Shown here piece by piece: positions 1-11,610 of a DNA stretch of 64,000 nucleotides. This stretch comes from Mustelus asterias (lineage: Eukaryota). Within the stretch, counting starts at the first letter, position 1; each line of letters starts with the position of its first letter. The translations under genes and the position numbers were made by a program. The stretch spans positions 32,736,001-32,800,000 of the forward strand of contig NC_135809.1 in NCBI RefSeq assembly GCF_964213995.1. The letters run 5' to 3'. The notes under the pieces were generated by a model that searched no databases, had not been told where the DNA came from, and saw only the letters and a list, made by a program, of their open reading frames with translations.

Positions 1-120
1 ATGCCAGGCTCTGGGACTCTTGCTCTTCCTATCCCTACACACACCAGGCTTGGATGTATGTACCAGGCTCTGGGACTCTCACTCTCCCTACCCCTACACA
101 CACACACCAGGCTTGGATGC
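1..120. repeat. Two copies of a roughly 60-bp tandem unit
   Basis: ccaggctctgggactct...ccctacacacaccaggcttggatg occurs twice; the array may continue left of the window. Confidence 0.75.
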
Positions 121-329
121 AGCTCCCCCATGTACTTCCAGCCTGTAAATCCATTCTAAGATTTGCAAGGTCAGGTTTGTGGCCAACAGTCACACAGTTT
201 GTCCGAACACATATTCCAGATGCAGCATCAAAAAGGATTGCTCACATAAAGGAGATATTTTTTAACCGTTAGCCGTTGAGGATTTCTTGCGAGTTCTGTG
301 GCAGTGGCAAAGGCAGATTGCCACTCTAG

Positions 330-1660
330 TCAAAGCAAGCCTCAAAAGATAATAAATGCAGCTTCTCGGAGGCGAATGGTGGAGGGTAGCAGTACCATGC
401 TGAAGAAAGATATTCAGGAGGGGTCAAGGACAATCTATTTGAGCTGTTAAGAAGCAATAGTACCACCTTATAGTGGGTGATAATGGGAAATTTCACTACC
501 TGCATATAGATGGGGACAGTATAAGTGTAGAGAAGAAGAGTTTTGAGGTAGACCAGTCTGTTTAGCTGCAGTAGCTGGAAAGGTTTTATAAACTAAACCA
601 GGACAAAATTAAGTCACTTGAAGGGTAAATTAATTAAGGAAATCCAGCAAAACTTTATTAAGGGCAAATCTTGTTTAACTTACAGTTGAGGTTTCTTTTA
701 AAACAAGATAACTGCAGGAATTGATATGGGTAATATAGTTAATATGGTATACATGGACTTCCAAAAAGTTTGATAAATTGCCATATAATGGGCTTCCGAG
801 CAAAGTTGAAGCTTGTGGGATGAGAGAGACAGTAGCAGCATGGATAAAAAAATTGACAGAGCAGTCTTGATTCGTTGTTTAATTGGACTGGAAGGAATTA
901 TGCAAGTGGAGTGTTATAGGGGTCAGTGCTCAGACCACTGCTCTTGATTTAATGACCTAAACTTGCATTTACAAAGCACAACTTTCAAACTTGCAGATAA
1001 CACAAAAGCTAGAAAGTACTTTGGATTCTGAGGATAGTAGTGGATTTCTGGAGGACCCAGGTTGGTGGAATGGACAGATCTGTGACGGATGAAATTTAAT
1101 GCAGAGAATTGTAAGTAATGCATTTTGGTAGGAAGGACAAGGAGGCGTATAAAACATAGGATAGCGATCTGGACATATATGTGCGCAAGTGATTGAAGGT
1201 GGCAAAAAGGCATGTGGGATCTGGACTTTTTGGAGGTGTAGAGTACAAAAGTAACAAAGTTATGATGAACCTTTATAAAACATTGGCTTGGTCTCAACTG
1301 GAATAGCATGTCCAATTTTGGGCACCACACTTTAGGATGCGATGGTTTTGGAATGGATGCATAAAAGATTCATAAAATGGTTCCAGGGATGAGGAACTTC
1401 AGTTATGCAGATAGAGGTTTGATACAAGTGCTTAAAATGAAGAAGGGTCGAGACAAATTCGACTGGGAGAAGGGTCGAGAATCGGAGGACACCGATGTAA
1501 GGTGATTACCAATAGCAAAAGCAGGATTTTCTTTCTTATACACACCACGCAGTTAAGATTTAGAAGACAGATTCAATTCTGGGCTTTATCCAAATAGAAA
1601 AAATGATGAGACTGCACACAGGGCTGAATGGGCTCTTTCTGTCCTGTAACAATTCTACAT
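330..1660 (+). mobile_element. Degenerate CR1-type LINE
   Basis: RT remnants (tacatggacttccaaaa, ggggtcagtgct, tgcagataacacaaa, tccaattttgggcaccacac) and CR1-like 3' tail gggctgaatggg...attcta; many stops. Confidence 0.85.
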
Positions 1661-1907
1661 TCTGTAACTGAATAGTGCAGAGCGAGCTATTAAAATGGTG
1701 AAACGTGTAAACAATGCCAAGGACAAATACTGCACATTGGCCTTTCCATTAAAGCTTTGGCAGAGGGTACAGACGATAAAATAAAACTCCCTTGCATGTA
1801 ATGTGAACGACTGCAGGAAGTCTTTGCTTAATGCCACAATTTGACTGTTAAAAAGAACTGACTAATGGGAAAGCATTCTTTTTAATAACCAAGTTTTAGC
1901 AACAGGA

Positions 1908-1913
1908 TTTATT
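1908..1913 (-). terminator. Candidate polyadenylation signal of DNAJB9 (3'UTR about 1.4 kb)
   Basis: AATAAA on the minus strand at the end of a repeat-free AT-rich stretch downstream of the stop, shortly before LINE debris begins. Confidence 0.45.
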
Positions 1914-3324
1914 AAACAAAATGTCTTTTGGAAAAGTGCAAGACATTTTGGACACAGATTTCACAAATTTTAATAAACTAATGGAGTCTACACAACACCT
2001 GTAATGCAGAGAGAAGTCTGTATAATAATATTGCACACTTGACAGTACGCAGATTGTCAAGACAGTGAAATGAGGTAATCAGATTTTATAAATTTTCAAA
2101 AGACAATGGGGAACACATGGCAAGAATAAAACCTGAATATAACAAAAATATCACATGGCATAAGATACAGGTTTGCCAAATATCATGAGTACAGGTTAGT
2201 GGAGAACAATCATCATTTAGAAATCATTTCATTTTGTTAGCTTTTCAATGTTGCCTTCTGAATATTACAGAAGGCTAAAAGGAACTAAGTGAGGTTTGGG
2301 GCTTTCCCTCATCCAATCACACTTTCCAAAAGTAGGTTTTTGTAATTACATAAAGCATTCTGTAAAAATGTATTATTGTTAGCACTTAATCCAAGGTGGT
2401 TTAAGGGTAGCTCAAAAATTAAACTCAAAGCACAATATTAAGAAAAAAATCAACTTTATAGCACCAAAAGGGATTATGTGGCCTGCACTTTGATGAGCTT
2501 TGAAGGAATTGAGCTTCTATAATTTTATTTTCAAACTGTATCACACTGTGTACATTGAAGCTAACAAATTTTAATTAAATGTTGTGATTTTCCACACCAA
2601 CACAAAAGTCTACAAGTTTATGATCCAGATTCAAACGTGAGGCCTATCCTTATAGTGTGTGTTGTTTCACTACATTTCTTATTAACGACCAAAGCCCAAA
2701 ATGTCAGAGCAACACAGCAAAGCCTAAGTTAGAGGCAACTATGAAGATATTTAAACAGAAACGAAAACAATAAATAAGGCATAGGCTCAGCACTGATACT
2801 ATAGAAACTGAATTGTGGATTCTAGGAAACCGCATAGATCCTGATAATAAAATGATAGATAAGCTTGTAACAAGGTTAAGCTATTCTGCCTTCATTAGCC
2901 ATTGCAAGATACAAATCTGTCCTCAAAACGAAATTAAAGCCATTCAATACATTGGGATTAAACAAATGTCTTAATGTTACAGAATAACCTGTTTCACCAT
3001 TATTTCATTTAATCCTGCTGCCTCCTGTGCTAGCTCATACATCAAATTATTCTTACTATTGCTTTTTATTTATTAAACAACATGTGCTTGGAATTACTAA
3101 GCTAGAAAATGGTTACTGCAAAGGCTAAGAACAGTTTCTAGCTGGAATTAGCCCATTGCACCCAATACATTTTTAGAAGGTTCACAAAGACTAACAGGAA
3201 AGCATTATTTTTGTGCAAGTCAGCTCAGATATTGCCTTTCTTGACACTTCCGCCTGGGAAACAGGCCATGACATAAAAGATGTCAAGTAAACCATGCTGT
3301 TACAATCGTGTATATTTAGCAAGT

Positions 3325-3764
3325 TTACGGCACTGAACAGTCTGTGTATGTGGTCACCATGTTTCCTCTGCGCTGTGTAACAGTCTTGCAGTGCTGCTTG
3401 CCGGAGTTTTGAAACTTCTCAGTTCTCACTGTGTGTTTGTGTGTGCTGCCAAAACTGCTGAACGAGAACATCTTTTCCATATCTTCAAATCCATCGTCAA
3501 ACAACCCTCCTCCAAATGGAAATTGTCCATCGCCAAAGGAAAATCTGTGTGCATTGTGCGCCTCCTGGTGTGCCCTGAAGTGGCTATCAAAGTGTTTCTT
3601 GTGATGTGTTCTGTGGCCAAAATCAAAGTCAAAATCTTTAAGGAAGTCATCAAAGTTGAAATTGAAAGAATGGGCGTGATGGCCACCACTGCCTGCATTG
3701 AAAAACTGATGTCCCATCTGATCGTATTCTTTCCTTTTCTTATCATCTGAAAGGACCTCGTATG
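3325..3764 (-). CDS. DNAJB9: DNAJB9 (ERdj4/MDG1) last coding exon: end of J-domain, G/F- and His-rich region, C-terminal CKTVTQRRGNMVTTYTDCS
   Basis: Acceptor ttgcAG at 3766-3765. The phase-1 junction G|CA gives ..IAE-A-YEVLSDDKKRKEYD. C-terminus matches the characteristic DNAJB9 tail; stop TAA ends at 3325. Confidence 0.97.
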
Positions 3765-3789
3765 CTGCAAAAGCAAAACAGTTTTTTAA

Positions 3790-4520
3790 TAAAGCAGCAA
3801 AGTTGTCTTTATATAGCTCCGACGACACAGATGAGAGAGCAATGCACCAAAGGAAATAATAGTAGGCCAAAATATTCTTTAAATGTAGGTTTTAAGTTGG
3901 GTGTTAAAAAGGAAATCCAGCAAAAAGCATTTCAAAGCACGAGATTAAACTACCAAATGCACAGTCAACAATGGCAAGGTGAAGGGACTACACAGCGGCC
4001 CAAAGAAATTGAGTTTTTTGTATGCGTTCGAAAGTGAAGGAGGTTAAAGGCAATATTGGGAAAAGGGTATGAAAAGATTCAAACTCAAAAGGGGACAATT
4101 TTAAATTGGAAGCACTGGGGGTTCAGAAGTAAATGTAAATCAGCAAAGACAGAAGTGAAAGGTAAACAGGCTCAGGTGTGGGATAGATGCAAGGAGCGAA
4201 TGGACTGTAGTTTACAAAGGGTGATGAAAAGATAAAAGAAATGGGTCAGGAGAGTATTTGAACCTGGAGATGACTATGGCCCGGAAGAAAAGATCAGCAG
4301 CAGAGAGGTGAGACAGAGTAATGCTGGGCAATATTACAGACGTGGAAGCAAGCTACTTTTCTAATGGAGTTCAGCTCAGCTCAGGATTAAATTAGATGCT
4401 GGAGTTGGGGAAAGTGTGGTGTGGTTCAAAATAGTGGCCAGAGAAGGGGATAGATTTGTTGCCAAAGGTATAGAGTTTCTGATAGGAGCTGATGGTGGTT
4501 GTGATCTTTCTAATGACTAG
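3790..4520 (-). mobile_element. Old L2-like LINE fragment in DNAJB9 intron 2
   Basis: Purine-rich plus strand resembling the L2-like element at 28.9-30.9 kb; highly decayed. Confidence 0.4.
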
Positions 4521-4604
4521 CAACTTCTAAAAGTATAGACAAACCAATGAAAAGGTAAAACTATGTTAAAAGAGCCACATAGAAGAGCTATTTAACACAC
4601 CCAC

Positions 4605-4821
4605 CTTCAGCAATTTCCCTAAACTTTGCCTCTGCATCTGGACTTTTATTTTTATCTGGATGGTATTTCATTGCGAGCTTGTGAAAAGCCTTCTTGATCT
4701 GACGGTCAGATGAATTTTTTGGCACACCCAAAACTTCATAATAATCCTTCTTCGCCAGTATAAATTCAGATATCATTAGAAAACAGACAGCAAAAGCAAA
4801 AACAGAGTGTGCTGCCGCCAT
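4605..4821 (-). CDS. DNAJB9: DNAJB9 first coding exon: hydrophobic signal sequence plus J-domain with HPD motif
   Basis: ATG at 4821, acceptor ttttctAG 12 nt upstream (exon starts 4833). Reads [33 protein letters not shown]...[21 protein letters not shown]; donor G|GTGGG at 4604. 217 nt coding; 217+440=657 nt = 218 aa plus stop. Confidence 0.97.
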
Positions 4822-5959
4822 TGTCGAGATTTCCTAGAAAAGACAAACAAGATGTATCCATGTATTTCAATATTTCAAAAACACACTTAAATACGACAGA
4901 GATCCTCTTCAGTAAGGCCTGTAATTTCTTCAATCGTATTTACATTGCCCACAGTGACATAGAAGGATTTAATGCAAGTACATGCTCAAATTTCCTGGGA
5001 AGCTCATGTAACGTAAATACCAATGCAAAACAAGGTGGAAGTGGGAGGGGAAATAGGCTACACACTGGGACCAGACTTTGGTTAAGTTTGGCGCAAGTCT
5101 CTCTGAAATATAAAAAAGGAAAATTGTCATACTCCAAAAACCTCAATGTACTTGTTATCAGATGACTTTGCACCGACATTTTTAGGTGTAAATTTATACC
5201 AGCCCGTTACCTTTGTGCATGGGAGGATTGGAGCTGTGGGTTTTGATGGAAAGCATCTTGGAAGCGCTCCAGTAATCAAGGAAATTCACACGTACCAACT
5301 TTTCAGCTTAAACCAATTATTCAGAAGTTGCCTTCCAAAAATATCACTTATACCAACAATGTTCAGGAAATTCCAGGATGATTTCTCAAAAATATGAATA
5401 CTTAATAGATATTATGCACACTTCTACATTCACGTGATAGAAAGTCTTAGCGATGCTGATATGGTCAATTGTACTGAATACTGTAACTATTTAGGAGCAA
5501 GCCATATCTCAAAAATTCAAGTTCTAAAAGCCACTACTAGCCCAAGTGGGAAAAATACCCAATAGTGCTATGTGACTTACCTGGAAAAAAAACTTTTGTG
5601 CATTATGCTTCGACTCAGATTTTTCTTTCCTATCTAGCTATTAGCATTTTTGGGACAATCGCTGATACAATGGCATTTTCAAATAGGGTTCGGATTCCCA
5701 ATTTTAAAAAAGTATAATTGAAAAAGCATTGATGGGAGAGAATGGAACTCAGTTAGTTCTATTAAATAACAATGTGGTGTCTCTACAAGAGGAAACTCTC
5801 ACCACTGACTTTCTGCTTTTCATTCATTGTAAAATTGTGGGGGATACTGACAAGGTCAAATTTATTGCCCATCCCTACATGTCCTGAGAAGGTTGTAATG
5901 TACCTGACTATGTTTCTACAGTAGTGTTCAGTAAAAGTTGTTTACAACAACATTTGTCC

Positions 5960-7625
5960 CAGATTCCTCTTCATATACTTTTTTTCAACCAAGAAAATGG
6001 GACAGCACCTATCAAGGATGTAGAAGGTAATTTATGTGATGAAGAGGATGATGTGGACAGAGTTCTTAATCAGTACATTATCTGCGCAAAAGAGAGATAT
6101 GATGCAGGCATTCTCATTAATGAGTGCAAAATATTAGATGTAAGAAGCGGAAGAGGAAGTACTGGAGGGACTGACATCTTGAAATTGGATTAATCATCAG
6201 CACCAGATGGACTGTATCCCCAGGTGGCCAGGGAGGAAATGGCAAAATGTCCTGAAGATCATTTTGCAATCCTCATGAGATACAGGCAAGGTATCAGAGG
6301 ATTGGAGGTCGGCAATATTGTTCGGCGAGGGTGGGTCAATATAGGCCAGTCAGCACGACTTTAGTCGTAGGCAAATTATTATAATCAATTCAGAGAGCCA
6401 GGATAAACTGTCACGTAGAAAGGCATGGATTAATCAGGGACAGTCAGCAGGCTTTTGGTATGGAAAGTTGTGTTTCACCAACTTAACTGAATTTGAGGAA
6501 ACAACAAGATTGATGATGGCAGTAAAGTGAATATCATCTACATGAATTTTAGTAAGGCATTTGACAAGGTCCCACGTGGCAGACTGTTTAGAAAAGTTGA
6601 AAGCCCACGGGATGCAGGGGAACGTGGCAAATTGGATCCAAAGTCAGCTCAGTGACAGGAAACAAAGGGTAATGGTTTTGTGAATGGAAACCAGTTTCCA
6701 GTGGTGTTCCACAGGGCTCAGTGTTGGGACACTTTTTTGTAGTCCTAGTGCCAGTCCATTGGTGGGTATGAGGGAAATGGGCATGTGTTTACAGGCAAAG
6801 TCATCAATAAGGAGTAGGAGACTTGGAGAGTGAGCAGCAGTGACAGTCAAGGCTGCTAGTAGGAATTCAATCCAAAGAAGTGTGCACTAATGCATTTGGG
6901 GAGGGCAAACAAAGCAAGGGAATACTCAACAAATGGGAGGATAGTGAGAGGGATAGAGGGAGTGAGCAATCTTGAAGTACATGTCCACAGGTCCCTGAAG
7001 GTGGCAGGACAGGGCAGAAAAGATGGTAAAGAAAAGTGTACAAAATGCTATCCTTTATTGGACAAGGTATATAATACAAAATCAGGGATGTAATGATGGA
7101 ACTGCAAAAATCATTGGTTAGGCCACAGCTGGAAGTTTGTGCATAGTTCCGGTTGCCACATTACAGGAAGGATATCTTTGCTCTGGAGAGATGACAGAGA
7201 TGATTTCCAAAAGTGTTACCAGAGCTTGAAAAGTGTAACTATGAGGAAGGATTGAGTAGGCTAGGATTATTTTCCTGAGAAAAGAGACTGAGGGGTAACC
7301 TAGCTGTAGTGTACAAACTGATGAACAGCCTAGACAGGAAATACTTGTTTCCCCCAGCAGAGGGATCAATTACCAGGGGCACAGGATTAAGGTGATTGAT
7401 AGAAGGATTAGAGGAGATATTAGAAAATAACTTTTAACCCAAAGGGTGGTAGGTGTACGGAAATAGTTGCCTGAAGCATCATTTGACTAATTTAACAAAG
7501 GTAGCAGGCTCTACACCTGAAGTGCTGTAACTCTCAAGGCTGGTTACTGGAAGGTGGAATTAGAAAGGACAACACTGGGCTGAATGGCCTCTTTCTATAC
7601 TGTAACTTTTCTATGGTTTCTATCA
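5960..7625 (+). mobile_element. Degenerate CR1-type LINE in DNAJB9 intron 1
   Basis: atgaattttagtaaggcatttgacaaggtccc (FSKAFDKVP), ggtgttccacagggctcagtgttggg (GVPQGSVLG), tail gggctgaatggcctc...tttctatggtttcta. Confidence 0.88.
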
Positions 7626-8357
7626 CTCCCACATCACACCACAGGAGACAGAACTCAACATACTCTCACCCAAAGCATTTTATGCACATACCAACATTTA
7701 CAGAATATAAGAGTGGTAACTGCCCCATTGTTCTGGGTCGCCAAGGGCAAATATATGGGGTTAAAAAAGTTAGGCGACCTTCCTAATCTTTTGCCGATTA
7801 TATAAGGGCACAATTTAAAATTAATACATTTTCTGCTAAGTGTTAAAATAGAGCAAGTGCTCTATTCTAGTCTAACTGTTAAGTGCAGTAAGATCCAAAC
7901 TGCTAAAACAAAAGGCAACACGACACCCCCATCAATTGCAAAAAGATCACATTTCAATCTTTGAACCAAAGGTCAGTCGGCAGCTCCACGCAATGTTCGA
8001 TAAAAGGTGGGCCCGTAATTTCGGACCAAACTCCACATCGTACCGTTGCAAAGGGAAGCCAAGGTTCCACCTTACAACCGAGACAGGAAGCGATCTTGAT
8101 CAGAGAAAGGGACAGAAAACGATCGTCAGGGCCGACGATTTTCTCCCCAATGCGTTCATGCGGCGATGGTGCGAAAAGTTCAGCAGCAGCACACAGACCT
8201 GGAAGGGTTTAGAACTCAGCTGACCGGGCAGGGCCTGCTTGGAACAACACTCTCGGCCTTTTTAACTTCACAAGGCTTAGGAGGTGGAACTGGGCGCTGT
8301 GCAAACGCCTGTTTTCTCACGGCAGTGTTACACACAGAGACGGTACAGTGAAAAAAA

Positions 8358-8424
8358 CACTTATGGCATATAGACATACACAAAGCACTTATGCCATATA
8401 GACATACACAAAGCACTTATGCCA
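8358..8424. repeat. 28-bp tandem repeat, about 2.4 copies
   Basis: cacttatg(g/c)catatagacatacacaaag repeated. Confidence 0.9.
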
Positions 8425-8592
8425 TTAATAAAAAAACATCAAAGCGCCTCAAGGCAACACACTACAGGAGTCGGATGGTGATTTCAGAACGGGAGATATA
8501 AACAAAGCGAAACCCGACACGAACAAGGAAGATATTGCTGCGGCAGGACAGAAGAAGGGTAGAGTTTGAAAGCAGCCTGGAAGGACACTCAC

Positions 8593-8670
8593 CCCTGGCC
8601 AGCGTCCCCCAGTCCGGCAGCTCCGGGAAACACCCTGAATTGTTACACCGCGTTCTAGAACCCCTTCACC
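8593..8670 (-). other. DNAJB9: DNAJB9 non-coding exon 1 (5' boundary approximate)
   Basis: Strong donor GG|GTGAGT at 8592-8587 inside the CpG island, just downstream of the CCAAT/UPRE-like promoter. DNAJB9 is known to have a non-coding first exon. Confidence 0.7.
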
Positions 8671-8814
8671 ACGAATCACTCACTCATTGGCTGCCTCCAG
8701 CTAACACGTCACGGCCCCGCTTCGACGCTCTTTGTGATTTCACTTCCGCATTCAGGGCGCCTGCGCCTCCCCCTTTGCCACTCGCTGCCCTTCTCCTTGT
8801 TATCCTCGGAGGAG
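8640..8814. promoter_or_regulatory. Bidirectional CpG-island promoter shared by DNAJB9 and THAP5
   Basis: CCAAT box (ATTGG 8686-8690), XBP1/UPRE-like TGACGTGT (minus strand, 8711-8704), ETS/GABPA-like ACTTCCG (8742-8748). CpG-rich from about 7900 to 9000. Confidence 0.8.
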
Positions 8815-8900
8815 ATGCCCAGGTACTGTGCGGCCGCAGGCTGCTCGAATCGAAGTGGCCAGTTATCGTCCGACAGTCAGAAGAGGTTGGGCTTTTACCC
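8815..8900 (+). CDS. THAP5: THAP5 exon 1 (start of THAP C2CH zinc finger)
   Basis: MPRYCAAAGCSNRSGQLSSDSQKRLGFYP; donor CC|GTAAGT at 8901. Missed by the ORF track because it is short. Confidence 0.96.
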
Positions 8901-9560
8901 GTAAGTAGAAAAGGCAAGCAGCATCGCCACCCTCTGAGTGTGCACTGACATGCTCATTACTGAGCGACCTCGGGTAAAGGGCCGGGTTACATAAATACAG
9001 GAATGACATCAGGGTTCAGAAGAGGACAGTCAGGCCGTGCCAACTTTTTTCTTAATTAAAGTTTAGACAAGGGGAGGGGGGAAGGACACCTCCAATGTAC
9101 CACCATTTTTCGAGTTGATGCAAATTTAATGCATGGCATTTGAATAGTAGAAATTGCAAGGTAAAACCAATGAATTGAGATCTGCCGCTCAAGCCAAAAT
9201 ATTACAATACACACAATCGGTAGCCTGTGGCATTGCTAACAAGTGAGTCAGCCAGTGTCTCAGGTTATGTGATGAATAATATATTAGGATTATTGACTTA
9301 ATAGTGAGTGGATGTCAATTTGTTTTTATTACAGAGTATTGGTGTGATTTAGAGCTTGAAGTTTTACATGTACATGTTTACATAGGAAGAACAGGCATTC
9401 AGGTCAAGAGCAGGAAAGCTGGTAGAGTACCCAGGTGAAGGAATAAATGTTGGAGGTCAGAACAGCAAAGGTAGTAGGAGAAGAAAGACAGGTACAAGCA
9501 CAGGGGGTTGAGGACATAATGTGAGGGCAGACATAGGGAGGAGTAGAGGACAGCAATGTC

Positions 9561-9859
9561 ATTTATTTATTAGTGTCACAAGTAGGCTTACATTAACACA
9601 GCAATGAAGTTACTGTGAAAATCCCCTAGTCGCCACACTCCACTGCCTGTTCAGGTACACTGAGGGTTGGCATGGCCAATACACCTAACCGTCATGTCTT
9701 TCAGATTGTGGGAGGAAACCAGAGCACCTGGAGGAAACCCATGCAAACACAGGGAGAACATGCAGACCCCGCACAGAGATTGACCCAAGCCAGGAATTGA
9801 ACCCCAGATCCTTGACGCTGTGAGGCAGCAGTCCTAACCACTGTGCCACCAAGCCGCCC
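9561..9859 (-). mobile_element. HE1/V-SINE-like tRNA-derived SINE (tail type B)
   Basis: tRNA head ggcacagtggttagg...ggttcaattcc, V-SINE core tgggtttcctcc..gtttcctcccaca, tail ...gtaagcctacttgtgacactaataaataaa. Confidence 0.9.
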
Positions 9860-10149
9860 TGGCTGAATAACTCAAGCTCCAAAATCCTATTAATTCTCCC
9901 ATAACAGCAGTTTGTATTTATAAAGTAAATACAATAGTAGAACATCTCGAGGTGCTTCACAGGACCATTAACAAAATTTGTGTCAAAATGAGCAGAATGT
10001 GAACCTTCTAAGACTTTCTAATAAAGACTGGCAATCATTCATGAAATCCTTCAGCTGTTAGTAGATTGAGTTCAAAGGTTTGTCAGATAGCAAAATACAA
10101 AAACATAATCATTTTAGCAGAATAAATTTTCCTCCCATGTCCAAACTCA

Positions 10150-11420
10150 CCCCCATACCACCTCTTCTTCAGGTGCCATGTTTTACAATGTTAGCAATCA
10201 TGACTCTCCAACTTTCATAGTCCTTATAGCAGCCAACATCTTGGGGTTGATCTCAAATTTTGTACCTGTTTTGCTTCAAGAGCTGTCGATGTATTTCTTC
10301 CTTTGTCTCCCTTTTGTTCCACTACCAACAATTTTTCCAGTAACTACAAGATATTTTAGTTTCTCTCTCCTAAATACATGCCCAAAGAATTGTAGTTGTC
10401 CTTTGGTGATCATTCTCGTGTGCCTGCTGTCCTCAGATTTCTTCATTAGTTGTGTATGTTGTCCAATTAATCCTCGTCAAACATTTCAGCAACCACATTT
10501 CCATTATCTTTTAACTTATCTTCCATTGTTCTGCTTATATTCCAGCTTCACATCCATCTGGTATCATTGACCAGACATAGCATTTTAGTAATATCATTCT
10601 GCTTTCCATAGAGATGGTATATCTAAAAAATCTTGACATTTTTGTGAAGGTTTGTTTTCCAAGTTTTATGCACTTCCTGATATTATGACCACTTTTCTCA
10701 TCAGATGTTATTCGGCTACACAGATAAGAAAATTATTCAACTTGTTTTGTTTCTTTTGATTTCAACATTATTTTGCATCTAGGTGTGGTCAATTTTTTCT
10801 TTCATATTATCATGCATACTGTTTACTAAGTTTCATGATAATCCATATCTGTTAGTGTTTGTTACAATTATGTCTAGAAGTGTTTGTAGATTTTTCTTTG
10901 TACCTGCCATAATTAATATGTCATCTGCATATCCGAGATTATTTGTATGCTGTTCACCCACTGAAATTCCTGGCAACTCTTGATAGATGTCACAGAATCA
11001 TAAAATTTTTACAGCGCAGGAGGCTATTCGGCCCATCGTGTCTGTACCAGTTCTCTGAATGGGCAATTTACTTTGTGCTGTTCTCCTGCCTTCTCTCCAT
11101 AACCCTGCACTTTCTTCCTTTTCAAACAACAGCCTAATTCCCTTTTCAGTGCCTTGATTGAACCTGCCTACACCATGTCTTATAATCATTTCACTGTAAA
11201 GGTTGAAAAGATGAGGAGACAGAATGCAACCTTGTTGTGCTCTTTTTAGTATAAGTTCAGAAGCCGTCTTAATTCTTTCCTTTATGTCCAAAATCTTAAA
11301 TCTACATAAAAGGAGCTTTTATTGAAGATAAATCTCATAAAGTGGGTGGGGAAAGTTGTGATGTTAACTTTATTTGCCATGATTTACTGCAATAAAAAAA
11401 ATAATTTCTTAATAAAATCT
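10150..11420 (-). mobile_element. RTE-type LINE fragment interrupted by a CR1 3' fragment (about 10990-11165)
   Basis: QGCILSPHLFNLYSEMIIR (ORF 10998-11291) and YADD (rc of gtcatctgcata at about 10920-10931). Confidence 0.8.
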
Positions 11421-11449
11421 AATGTTCCACTTATACATCACTCAGTGGC

Positions 11450-11610
11450 CATGATGTGGAGATGCTGGTGTTGGACTGGGGGGTTGGACAAGATGAGAGG
11501 TCACACAACACCAGATTTATAGTCCAACAGATTTATTTGAAATCACAAGCTTTCAGAACTCTGCTCCTTCATCAGGTGAGGTGACCTGGTGTTGTGTGAC
11601 CTCTCATCTT
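11450..11610 (-). mobile_element. Penelope-like truncated insertion with inverted segment
   Basis: Perfect 25-bp inverted repeat 11490-11514 / 11586-11610. Same family as 26744-26892. Direct repeat cttatacatca at 11430 and 11608. Confidence 0.75.
11543..11579 (-). ncRNA. Minimal type-I hammerhead ribozyme motif
   Basis: Minus strand reads UCAC-CUGAUGA-AGGAGCAGAGUUCU-GAAA-GCUU-GUGA. Stem I UCAC/GUGA, intact core boxes, stem II AGGA/UUCU (or GGAGC/GUUCU), palindromic AGCU stem III, NUH triplet CUU. Confidence 0.65.

Noticed and set aside
3391-3776. Alternative-frame and antisense ORFs of 119 aa and 116 aa
   Set aside because: Shadows of the DNAJB9 last exon with no independent gene signals.
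3765-3870. N-terminal extension MAYYYFLWCIAL... of ORF 3325-3870, signal-peptide-like
   Set aside because: Lies in intron 2 upstream of the canonical acceptor; the true N-terminus is in exon 4605-4821.
8652-8661. Heat-shock-element-like gTTCtaGAAc
   Set aside because: Only two nGAAn units; a third is missing on both sides.
8669-8690. CCACG ... ATTGG as a classical ERSE
   Set aside because: Orientation and 12-nt spacing do not fit CCAAT-N9-CCACG or ATTGG-N-CCACG.
8535-8948. 137-aa ORF and neighbouring ORFs across the promoter
   Set aside because: GC-rich CpG-island ORFs in frames other than THAP5 exon 1; no recognisable domain.
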